From Breznakia blatticola (GTDB taxonomy: Bacteria; Bacillota_I; Bacilli_A; Erysipelotrichales; Erysipelotrichaceae), in NCBI RefSeq assembly GCF_004365815.1, contig NZ_SODD01000023.1, forward strand, positions 3,022-35,021: a stretch of 32,000 nt of DNA. Reading direction: 5' to 3'. The notes under the pieces were generated by a model. It worked only from the letters and a program-made list of their open reading frames with translations. It made no database searches and was not told the origin of the DNA. Below are positions 1-7,482 of the stretch, piece by piece (positions within the stretch are counted from its first letter, which is position 1; every line of letters begins with the position of its first letter). A program made the position numbers and the translations under genes.

Positions 1-1053
1 AAGCAACATTTCAAACAATCCAGTTAATAGCCCATGAACTAACCATAATAGTGGTGAAGCAAATAAGAACATGAAGTCAAATGGCTCTGTAATACCTGCA
101 ACCATTGCAACAAACACACTTGGTAATAACATACTGATAACTTGTTTACGACGTTCTGGTTTTGCAGTTTTAATGAATGCTAAGAATGCTCCTAACACTC
201 CAAATGCTTTTGCAAATCCAAATGTAGCGAAACGAACCGATTCATGAATTGCAGTAATTGCTCCTGGGTTTGCCATTTCTGCATAGAAGATGTTTGCAGC
301 TCCTGAATATACGTTTCCAGCAATTTCAGTTACTCCTCCAAACCCAGTGAAACAGAATGGCATCCATAACATATGGTGTAATCCAGTAGGAATTAAGAAA
401 CGGTTTCCAAATGCGTATGCAAACACACCACCTGGTCCTGCATCTTTCATGAATTCTGTAGTTGCAGCAATTCCATCATTTACTGTTGGCCAAATATAAG
501 TAACTCCAACTCCAAGAACTAATACAACTGGAATCATAACTGCGAATGCTAAACGTGATCCACCATAAATTTTAAACATGTCACTGAATTCAACATTTGC
601 GAATTTATTGAATACAAATGCAGTAATACATCCTAGGATCATCCCTAAGAATACCCCCATGTCACTTACTTGAAATCCTAAAACAATTGCTTGTCCTGTT
701 CCAAATAACCCCATTTCTCCAGGTTCAGCTAACATTCCTTGACTTGTTAACCAAGCATTATTTACTGCAAGAAACATTAAATATGAAATAGTTGCAACTA
801 GTGCAGCATCCACTTTCTTATTTTTTGCCATTGTTGTTGTTAATCCTACACAGAAGATTAACGATAAGTTATTAAGCATTGCATCCATCATAGATGAAAT
901 AAGTCCCCCAAATGCCACGATTGGCTCAGGCATAAACTCTAATTTCATAATTGTTGCTAATGCAATAACAGTTCCCATAATCGCCAAGAACATTACTATT
1001 CCTGTCATCGATCTAGAAAACTTATTCATTAATTTGATAAGTTTTTCTTTCAT
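1..1053 (-). CDS. PTS EIIC component, glucose/maltose (alpha-glucoside) family; C-terminal part runs off the window
   Basis: Not in the supplied track because there is no stop inside the window. My translation from the ATG at 1053-1051 (SD AAAGGAGAA about 7 nt upstream) gives MKEKLIKLMNKFSRSMTG... It contains the EIIC-Glc family motifs IPTGLHH and GITEPFDFMFLF and stays open to position 1. Confidence 0.8.
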   Translation of the reverse strand, partial: MKEKLIKLMNKFSRSMTGIVMFLAIMGTVIALATIMKLEFMPEPIVAFGGLISSMMDAMLNNLSLIFCVGLTTTMAKNKKVDAALVATISYLMFLAVNNAWLTSQGMLAEPGEMGLFGTGQAIVLGFQVSDMGVFLGMILGCITAFVFNKFANVEFSDMFKIYGGSRLAFAVMIPVVLVLGVGVTYIWPTVNDGIAATTEFMKDAGPGGVFAYAFGNRFLIPTGLHHMLWMPFCFTGFGGVTEIAGNVYSGAANIFYAEMANPGAITAIHESVRFATFGFAKAFGVLGAFLAFIKTAKPERRKQVISMLLPSVFVAMVAGITEPFDFMFLFASPLLWLVHGLLTGLFEMLL

Positions 1054-1116
1054 TTTCTTGTTCTCCTTTTTAAATTCCCTTTATGATATACAACGTGTCG
1101 ACCCTTGTACAAACAA

Positions 1117-1145
1117 AGTATAGCGAGATGAAATCCTTGATACAA
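1117..1145 (-). promoter_or_regulatory. Candidate sigma-A promoter of the EIIC gene (TTGTAT-17 nt-TATACT)
   Basis: The -10 TATACT lies at 1117-1122 and a weak -35 TTGTAT at 1140-1145, with an exact 17-nt spacer, about 60 nt upstream of the ATG. Confidence 0.4.
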
Positions 1146-1154
1146 GCGTTTACG
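1141..1154. promoter_or_regulatory. Candidate cre (CcpA) site overlapping the -35
   Basis: The minus-strand sequence CGTAAACGCTTGTA matches 11/14 positions of the cre consensus TGWAANCGNTNWCA. It shares the 11-nt core CAAGCGTTTAC with the site at 5117-5130. Confidence 0.35.
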
Positions 1155-1195
1155 ATGGATGGTGAAAAAGGTCACCGCATTGTGACAAAAGTTAC

Positions 1196-1223
1196 TAAAA
1201 AAGCCATCCTTCGATAGACGACT
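1196..1223 (-). terminator. Possible rho-independent terminator after the RpiR gene
   Basis: The minus-strand RNA is AGUCGUC-UAUCGAAG-GAUGGCU followed by UUUUUU. The stem is 7 bp including 2 GU pairs. Confidence 0.45.
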
Positions 1224-1946
1224 TTATTTCTCATTTGGTTTTTCTAAGAATGTTTTCGAATATTCCTCAAGGACCATTTCGAAGAACACAATGATCTTTG
1301 CGGTAAAGAAATCCGCCTTGTAATGATCTTTCGTACTCTTTATTGAATCAATTTGAATACTCGTGTGTGCAAGTTTTCCAGCTGGTGAATTTAAGTCAGA
1401 ACTAAAAACAAGCACATTAAATCCATTTTCCTTTGCTTCACGTATCCGTTCAAGAATTTCTCCTCTTGCCCCTGAATTAGACATTACAATAAACAATCCC
1501 TTTTTAAAAGTTGTATTGGCAAATGCTTCATAGTGATAACAAAAATTCGCATTGAAATTAAAGACGAGTAATTTTTGAATAATGTAATCTCTAGCAGCAT
1601 CTACATATCCTAAGGAATCTACCAAGATTTTATCATTTCGATAATAGTGTAATAACTCAGCAACATTTGGAATATACTGTGAACTAGATCCATCTTTCTC
1701 AAGTGAAGAAATTTCAAACACTTCAGGTGAATATTGATTTTTCTTGCTTGCAAGCATCATGTAATACATTTCACTATATCCACTATATCCAAGCTTTTTA
1801 CTTAATTTGATAACCGTGGCTTTTGAGACAAAACACTCCTCAGCAATTTTTACAACATTTACCTTTTCATTTTGTTCAATATACTTCCAAATGGTATTCA
1901 TGATTAGATTTTCTGTATCGTTTAAATTCGTTTTATTTATATTCAT
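1224..1946 (-). CDS. MurR/RpiR-family transcriptional regulator (HTH + SIS domain)
   Basis: N-terminal HTH (VVKIAEECFVSKATVIKLSKKLGYSGY) followed by a SIS-like C-terminal half. I moved the start to MNINK (GAGGG SD 4 nt upstream) instead of the track start at 1991. An RpiR regulator next to an alpha-glucoside-type EIIC resembles the B. subtilis glvR-glvC layout. Confidence 0.85.
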   Translation of the reverse strand: MNINKTNLNDTENLIMNTIWKYIEQNEKVNVVKIAEECFVSKATVIKLSKKLGYSGYSEMYYMMLASKKNQYSPEVFEISSLEKDGSSSQYIPNVAELLHYYRNDKILVDSLGYVDAARDYIIQKLLVFNFNANFCYHYEAFANTTFKKGLFIVMSNSGARGEILERIREAKENGFNVLVFSSDLNSPAGKLAHTSIQIDSIKSTKDHYKADFFTAKIIVFFEMVLEEYSKTFLEKPNEK

Positions 1947-1994
1947 ATGACCCTCTACCATAATTATAAGCCAAATATGTTTGCGTTGCACGAA

Positions 1995-2008
1995 TTATAG
2001 CGTTTTCA
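1995..2008. promoter_or_regulatory. Candidate cre site overlapping a TATAAT -10 box upstream of the RpiR gene
   Basis: The minus-strand sequence TGAAAACGCTATAA matches 13/14 positions of TGWAANCGNTNWCA. The TATAAT at 1994-1999 (minus) is embedded in it. Confidence 0.45.
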
Positions 2009-2011
2009 TCA

Positions 2012-2054
2012 AAAAAGGATATAGTTGATATCTAAGTATCTCATCTATATCCTT
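2012..2054 (-). terminator. Rho-independent terminator after the EIIBC gene
   Basis: A 10-bp stem AAGGATATAG/CTATATCCTT with a 21-nt loop, followed by TTTTTGAT on the minus strand. Confidence 0.7.
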
Positions 2055-2077
2055 TGTATTTTACTATCTTTCTTTAC

Positions 2078-3445
2078 TTAGGCTTTTGTTGCTACTGATT
2101 TATCCTTAGTTAATACAAATGAAACTAAGAATGCTACAACGAATGCAACAACCAAACTAATAATCATAAATATTAAGTTATTTCCTTCACCGATGTATGT
2201 TGGTAAACTGAATATTCCTGGCATTGCATATCCATAACTTTTCACTCCAAACAGCATGTATAAGAATCCACCTGCAGCACCACCAGCAACAATACCAATT
2301 AGCGGTGTACGATATTCAATATCAACTGAGTATAGTGCAGGTTCTGTAATCCCTAGCAAACCAAGACCACCACCAGAGAAAGCAGCAGCTTTATTATCTG
2401 GGTCTTTTATTTTGAATGCAGCTCCTAGTGTAGCACCCGCAACTGCAATGTTGTTTACAAAGAATCCAGGCATTAAGAAGTCATAGCCAAGCGATGCATA
2501 GTTTACAATCATTAATGGTTGTAGGGCTTGGTGCATACCTGTGATGATAATAAATGACATCAATCCACCAGTTAAGGCTCCAGCAATCGGTCCTGTTGTT
2601 TCAAATAACCAAACAATTGCTTGTGAGAAACTTTCTCCAAGGTAATATCCAAACGGTGCAACGATAAATAATAAGATAGGCATTACAATTAAAAAAGTTA
2701 AGAATCCTGAGAATACAATTTTAATTGCTTTTGGCATAATGCTATCAATAAAGCGGAATGCATAAGAAAATAAGATTACACTTAAAATAACTGGCACAAC
2801 TGAACTTGCATAGTTTTGTGCTGGAATATTAAATAATATGAAGTCAATGGTGTCTCCAGCAGCACCCATGAATGTAGGAGATAATAATACCCCTGCAATC
2901 ATCAATCCATACATCTCATTAATCTTAAAGCGTTTAGCAGTTGTATATCCGACCATAAATGGCAAGAAGTAGAATGGTGCATCCCCAATTGAATTGAGCA
3001 CAGTGACTACACCACTATCAACAAGTTCAGTATTAAATAAAAGTAAAATAATTACAAAACTCTTTAACATCCCTCCAGCAATCAGTATAGGTAATAATGG
3101 CAAGAAAATTCCTGATAAGGTACTTAAAAATCTTGTGCCTAGTGATTCCTTTTGTGTATCTTCATTTGCCACAACTTGTTGTTCACCAGAATCATCATTT
3201 GAAAATCCAGCAACCTCACAGAAATCGTTATATACATCTTTTACATGTGAACCAATAACCAGTTGGAATTGGTTTCCCACTTGTTTTACTTGTAAGATTC
3301 CATTGATTTTAGCGAGTGCTTCTTGATCAATTTCTTCTTTGTTTTTCACAACAATACGTAAGCGTGTTACACAATAGAACACATCTGCAATATTCTCTTT
3401 TTTAATGATACTAAGTATCTCTTTACTCATGTTTTCGTATTTCAT
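2078..3445 (-). CDS. PTS EIIBC component, beta-glucoside/sucrose (Bgl) family
   Basis: N-terminal EIIB with the phospho-cysteine motif CVTRLR, followed by a polytopic EIIC domain. SD AAAGGAGAA lies upstream. Confidence 0.85.
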   Translation of the reverse strand: MKYENMSKEILSIIKKENIADVFYCVTRLRIVVKNKEEIDQEALAKINGILQVKQVGNQFQLVIGSHVKDVYNDFCEVAGFSNDDSGEQQVVANEDTQKESLGTRFLSTLSGIFLPLLPILIAGGMLKSFVIILLLFNTELVDSGVVTVLNSIGDAPFYFLPFMVGYTTAKRFKINEMYGLMIAGVLLSPTFMGAAGDTIDFILFNIPAQNYASSVVPVILSVILFSYAFRFIDSIMPKAIKIVFSGFLTFLIVMPILLFIVAPFGYYLGESFSQAIVWLFETTGPIAGALTGGLMSFIIITGMHQALQPLMIVNYASLGYDFLMPGFFVNNIAVAGATLGAAFKIKDPDNKAAAFSGGGLGLLGITEPALYSVDIEYRTPLIGIVAGGAAGGFLYMLFGVKSYGYAMPGIFSLPTYIGEGNNLIFMIISLVVAFVVAFLVSFVLTKDKSVATKA

Positions 3446-3532
3446 TTTAAATTCTCCTTTTAATTTTTTGTTTGATATACATGTAGTTTCCTTTATACTT
3501 CTTATTTCTACACAGCAAATTTCAATTTTACA

Positions 3533-3598
3533 TAAATAAAAACCGAGTCTACTACGAACATAAAAACACTATTTATGTTTGTTAAGTCTAGCCCGGTT
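3533..3598 (-). terminator. Long hairpin plus U-run overlapping the stop codon of the antiterminator gene
   Basis: Outer stem AACCGGG/CUCGGUU, inner stem ACAUAAA/UUUAUGU, then UUUUUAUUU. I found no RAT-like sequence here. Confidence 0.5.
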
Positions 3599-4457
3599 TG
3601 GTAACTATCTTACTTTTATCTAGTAAATTATTGATATGAATAATTAGGTATCCCTTTTCTTCATTATTCACTTCAATTTTGTAATTGAAATCTAAATACT
3701 CGCTAATTAATTCCACACATTTTGTTGTTTCTGGATATTGTACTTTCATCATACGATATACAAAATCCTTATCTCCATATTCCACATCATTTTCCGCGAA
3801 GACTCTTGAACTAAAGTATTTCAAGTGGGTTAAGAAACGTTCATAATACACAGATTCTTGATCTAATGTAAATTCGAAGTACGTTTCAACTATTTCTATT
3901 ACCTTTTTAATCAACATAACACTATCACTTGTTGGCTTATTAATATCAACTCCTGCTAAATTCAGAATATGAAATGCAATAAATCCAGCTTCATCCAGCG
4001 GTAATTCAATTTCATACAATTCATTTGCTTTGCGAATTGCTTTTAAACCAATTGCAAATTCATTTGGATAAAAACGTTTTACTTCATTCAACATTTGATT
4101 TGGTAAAAGAATATGATTTTGTGCACGTTCTACCGCATTTGCGAGGTGATCTGCCAAACTAATATATGCAATGGTAGTTGTTTTTACACCAAGTTGTTCT
4201 TCTGCATAATCTAGTATATTCACAGCTAAATCAATGAAATCAGAATTGATATTCTCAATAATATCCATATAGCGAGTTTTTTCTCTTCCCTTTAAGACGA
4301 ACTCTTTTTCAACTTTGTCCTTATCGACAAAATCTCCAACTTTCTTCTTAAAAGAGATTCCACTACCCATCAATACAATTTCTGAGTCTTTATCATGTGA
4401 AGCGACAACATTATTATTAATGATGCGACTAATCACATATCCTTTTTCATTTAACAT
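3588..4457 (-). CDS. BglG/LicT/SacY-family transcriptional antiterminator (CAT RNA-binding domain + two PRDs)
   Basis: The N-terminus VISRIINNNVVASHDKDSEIVLMGSGISFKKKVGD is a typical CAT domain, and the length and helical PRD regions fit the family. It overlaps the upstream EIIA gene by 11 nt (ATGTTAAATGA). Confidence 0.9.
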   Translation of the reverse strand: MLNEKGYVISRIINNNVVASHDKDSEIVLMGSGISFKKKVGDFVDKDKVEKEFVLKGREKTRYMDIIENINSDFIDLAVNILDYAEEQLGVKTTTIAYISLADHLANAVERAQNHILLPNQMLNEVKRFYPNEFAIGLKAIRKANELYEIELPLDEAGFIAFHILNLAGVDINKPTSDSVMLIKKVIEIVETYFEFTLDQESVYYERFLTHLKYFSSRVFAENDVEYGDKDFVYRMMKVQYPETTKCVELISEYLDFNYKIEVNNEEKGYLIIHINNLLDKSKIVTKPG

Positions 4458-4917
4458 CAGCTATCACGTCCCTAGTTGTTATACTTTCACTTTCATTATG
4501 CAATGTAATCTCGTGTCCATTCGTGTTGGTGAAGATTACAATGACAGTTGGATCAAGATCATTTTGCTTTATAATTTCTTGATCAAAACGAACCAATTCA
4601 GCTCCAACATTTACTTTATCACCTTGTTTCACAAGTGTAGTAAATCCTTTACCTTGAAGATTGACCGTATCTATACCAATATGAATTAGAATTTCTACAC
4701 CGTCTTTACGTTTCAAACCAACTGCATGTCCGGTTGGAAACACCATCATGATTTCTCCATCGACTGGACTTTTCACAATGTTATTTGCGGGTCTGACACC
4801 ACAACCAACCCCCATAATTGTAGTTGCATATGTTGGATCGTTGATTAGTTCTTGCTTCACATAGATTCCATCAACTGGAGCATAGATTTCATTTTTTTGT
4901 GATCGTTTAAATAACAT
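4447..4917 (-). CDS. PTS EIIA component, glucose family (stand-alone)
   Basis: The motif TGHAVGLKRKDGVEILIHIGIDTVNLQGKGF carries both conserved His residues of EIIA-Glc. Confidence 0.9.
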   Translation of the reverse strand: MLFKRSQKNEIYAPVDGIYVKQELINDPTYATTIMGVGCGVRPANNIVKSPVDGEIMMVFPTGHAVGLKRKDGVEILIHIGIDTVNLQGKGFTTLVKQGDKVNVGAELVRFDQEIIKQNDLDPTVIVIFTNTNGHEITLHNESESITTRDVIADVK

Positions 4918-4972
4918 GTTACCACCTCCTTCTGCATTTTACATACCAGAACGATTTCGACTTTTTTGTCTT

Positions 4973-5019
4973 AAAAAACAAAAAAGACCAATACCGAAAA
5001 AATAATTTCGATGCTGATC
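4973..5019 (-). terminator. Leader terminator of the EIIA-LicT operon (antitermination target)
   Basis: The minus-strand RNA is GAUCAGCAUCG...CGGUAUUGGUC, an 11-position stem with 1 mismatch and several GU pairs, followed by UUUUUUGUUUUUU. Its 5-prime arm overlaps the 3-prime end of the RAT. Confidence 0.7.
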
Positions 5020-5042
5020 TTGCCTACTTAAAGTAACAATTC
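5013..5042 (-). promoter_or_regulatory. RAT (ribonucleic antiterminator) element
   Basis: The minus-strand sequence GAATTGTTACTTTAAGTAGGCAAGATCAGC closely matches the Bgl/Sac-type RAT consensus GGATTGTTACTG-N-CAGGCAAAACC. It starts about 8 nt after the predicted TSS. Confidence 0.75.
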
Positions 5043-5057
5043 AAACTATCTATTTTC

Positions 5058-5086
5058 ATAATAATCGAGAGAATGCGTTTTGTCAA
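5058..5086 (-). promoter_or_regulatory. Sigma-A promoter TTGACA-17 nt-TATTAT
   Basis: A perfect -35 TTGACA at 5081-5086, an exact 17-nt spacer and a -10 TATTAT at 5058-5063, immediately upstream of the RAT. Confidence 0.6.
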
Positions 5087-5116
5087 CCATTACATTTACT
5101 TTTATTATATAACATA

Positions 5117-5130
5117 AGCAAGCGTTTACA
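5117..5130. promoter_or_regulatory. Candidate cre site upstream of the EIIA-LicT promoter
   Basis: The minus-strand sequence TGTAAACGCTTGCT matches 12/14 positions of the cre consensus. Confidence 0.4.
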
Positions 5131-5209
5131 GATGTAGTTAAACTATGCACTTTCATCGGGGTATTATTTCTATATATTCCTATATATTCCATATGTATAG
5201 TGTTAAATT

Positions 5210-6646
5210 CTAGTTATTATGTTTCATTTGCTTTCCTAAAATGGATTCTAAATGTTCAACAATAGCACCTGCATTAGGTCCATATACAATTTGTATTTCA
5301 TCACCAAACTGCATATATTCAATTGCCCCTGTTTGTTTCAATAATTCAAAATTAAATGCTCCAGGATTATGTAGATGAAAACGTACTCTTGTAATACAAC
5401 AGTCGATTGCTTGTACATTGTTCATTCCGCCAACTGCATATATCAATGCTGTGCATATTGTATCAATTTCAGTATTTTGCAATGGTGTTGTCACTCGATG
5501 ATCCAGTTCTATTTCCCGCCCTAGCGTATGCAAGTTATTGCGTTTAATGATGTACGTAAATCCAAAATAATACGCAATGGCTAGTACAACACCCATAACT
5601 AAAAGCATAAGCGGCATTTTTGTAAATGGCATCTGTAAACTTAACATAAAGTCGATAAATCCTGCACTGAAACTAAATCCTGCAATCCACTGAAACTGTG
5701 CAGCAATAAATACTGAAATTCCAGTTATAGCTGCATGCACTAAGTATAATTGTGGAGCGATAAACATAAACGAGAACTCTAAAGGTTCTGTCAGTCCAGT
5801 AAAAAATGAAGCGAACGCAGCTGATAATAAAAATGAGCGTACTTTATTTTTATTTTGTGGATATGCAGTTCTAAGCATCGCAAGTGCAGCTGCTGGCAAA
5901 CCAAACATCATCACTGGAAAAAAACCGGCTTGATACATCCCTGTAACTCCATAAGTTCCTTGACTTGACCAAAAGTTTCCAATATCATTAATCCCCACTA
6001 CATCAAACCAAAATACGGAATTAAGTGGATGATGCATTCCAATTGGAATTAAAAGTCGATTAAAAAATGCATAAATACCCGCACCTAATGGTCCTAATGA
6101 ACTTATAAAATCACCAAACTGGATAAGCTTATTATAGATAAATGGCCATACAAAAATTAAGATACAACATAATCCTAATGAAACAATCAATAAAGTAAGT
6201 AAGAGTATTACATTCTCATTTAACGTATCTAAGTGTAATTTATGTAATCGATTGTATACAGCAGAAGCCACAACTCCTGAAAGTATTCCAATGAACTGAT
6301 TATCGATATGCTCAAATGGTTGATTAAAGTTATCGACTGGAAAATCGTACATATCAATTCTTTGTTGGGCGAGCACATTGGTTATTATTAAGAATACGAA
6401 GAGGCCTGCAAAAGCACTAATCCCCTTGTGATGATCACTTAATCCATAGGCGACACCAATGGCAAAAGCAACTGGCATAAATCCTAAAATTGCTTCACCA
6501 GAAGTACGTAAAATGACACTAAGAAAATGGACAAAGGTAGCATCCACACGTCCTAGCATGGCTCCAATACCAATTAAAATAGCGGCAATTGGAAAAATTG
6601 CAATCGGTAATAATAATGCTTTTCCGATTTTATGAAGATAGTTCAT
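5210..6646 (-). CDS. PTS EIICB component, glucose/N-acetylglucosamine family (canonical)
   Basis: EIIC motifs IPIGMHH and GLTEPLEFSFMF are present, and the C-terminal EIIB carries the phospho-cysteine motif DCCITRVR. The start overlaps the upstream stop (TAATG). Confidence 0.85.
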   Translation of the reverse strand: MNYLHKIGKALLLPIAIFPIAAILIGIGAMLGRVDATFVHFLSVILRTSGEAILGFMPVAFAIGVAYGLSDHHKGISAFAGLFVFLIITNVLAQQRIDMYDFPVDNFNQPFEHIDNQFIGILSGVVASAVYNRLHKLHLDTLNENVILLLTLLIVSLGLCCILIFVWPFIYNKLIQFGDFISSLGPLGAGIYAFFNRLLIPIGMHHPLNSVFWFDVVGINDIGNFWSSQGTYGVTGMYQAGFFPVMMFGLPAAALAMLRTAYPQNKNKVRSFLLSAAFASFFTGLTEPLEFSFMFIAPQLYLVHAAITGISVFIAAQFQWIAGFSFSAGFIDFMLSLQMPFTKMPLMLLVMGVVLAIAYYFGFTYIIKRNNLHTLGREIELDHRVTTPLQNTEIDTICTALIYAVGGMNNVQAIDCCITRVRFHLHNPGAFNFELLKQTGAIEYMQFGDEIQIVYGPNAGAIVEHLESILGKQMKHNN

Positions 6647-7476
6647 TAGATACTCACAATCTTATTAATATGAATCATCAAATATACAAGTTCATCTTTC
6701 GTAAGTGTATAATGATAATTCAATTTCACAATATCAAAAATATTCTCTACACATAACTCCATCTTCTCATGTTTATTAATAAGTAAAGTATACATTTGAT
6801 CAAGGTTTAATGGTTCTTTTGTGTCCTTGATAAATATATGTTGTGCTAGAAACTTCAAATGTGTTAATAATCTTGAAGTATCAAGTGATTCATCATTAAA
6901 CGAAATTCCAAAGACATTTTCAATAATCGTTTGCACATCTTTAACAAAAGCAACAATACGTTTTGCATCACGCACTTTATTTCCTACAGTTGCATTCACA
7001 ATATGCATCGCAATATAACTTGCTTCATCCTTTGGAAATTGAATTCCCGTATTTGCTTGAATCAAACGTAATGCCCACAAACCAATACGATATTCTTCTT
7101 TATATAAACTTTTGATTTCATCGTGCATTAAGTTTGGAATTTCCAACCCTCGTTTTTTACGATCCGCTGCATACCATAAATGGTCTGTTAGCGAGATAAA
7201 TATCTGGTTAGATAATTCTATTTCCATTTCATTAACCGCTTTCGTAGCTATCGCTTCAGCTATTTGAAAATACATAATCGGAGTACGATTTAGTAATTCA
7301 GCAAATTGCTTTTTTTGTTGGTCTTCAAATGAATAGACCTTTTCCACACGATTTTGATCTACTTCATCGTGTACTTTCCGATTAAATCCGATTCCATTCC
7401 CTGTAACGACATATTCGTTATCACCTTCTACAGCAACAACGACATTGTTGTTATAAATTCGACTTATCTTCATCAT
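6646..7476 (-). CDS. BglG/GlcT-family transcriptional antiterminator (second copy)
   Basis: CAT domain MMKISRIYNNNVVVAVEGDNEYVVTGNGIGFNRKVHD followed by PRD-like helical regions. An AGGTGA SD lies upstream. Confidence 0.9.
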   Translation of the reverse strand: MMKISRIYNNNVVVAVEGDNEYVVTGNGIGFNRKVHDEVDQNRVEKVYSFEDQQKKQFAELLNRTPIMYFQIAEAIATKAVNEMEIELSNQIFISLTDHLWYAADRKKRGLEIPNLMHDEIKSLYKEEYRIGLWALRLIQANTGIQFPKDEASYIAMHIVNATVGNKVRDAKRIVAFVKDVQTIIENVFGISFNDESLDTSRLLTHLKFLAQHIFIKDTKEPLNLDQMYTLLINKHEKMELCVENIFDIVKLNYHYTLTKDELVYLMIHINKIVSI

Positions 7477-7482
7477 TCACCT

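Noticed and set aside
290-499. Plus-strand 69-aa ORF from the track
   Set aside because: It lies entirely antisense to the well-supported EIIC coding sequence (1-1053, minus). It has no SD and low-complexity antisense-type composition.
3446-3587. A second RAT expected upstream of the Bgl-family EIIBC gene
   Set aside because: No TTGTTACT...AGGCAAA-type sequence is present on either strand, only a hairpin with a U-run.
2256-4689. Plus-strand ORFs 2256-2486, 2994-3326 and 4315-4689
   Set aside because: All are embedded antisense in the strongly supported PTS and LicT genes. Their Pro/Ser/Thr-rich or Leu/Ile-rich shadow-frame composition shows no motifs.
5171-5190. Tandem duplication TATATATTCC x2 downstream of the EIICB gene
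   Set aside because: There are only two copies of an AT-rich 10-mer in an intergenic region, with no associated structure or motif. It is likely a chance or slippage product.
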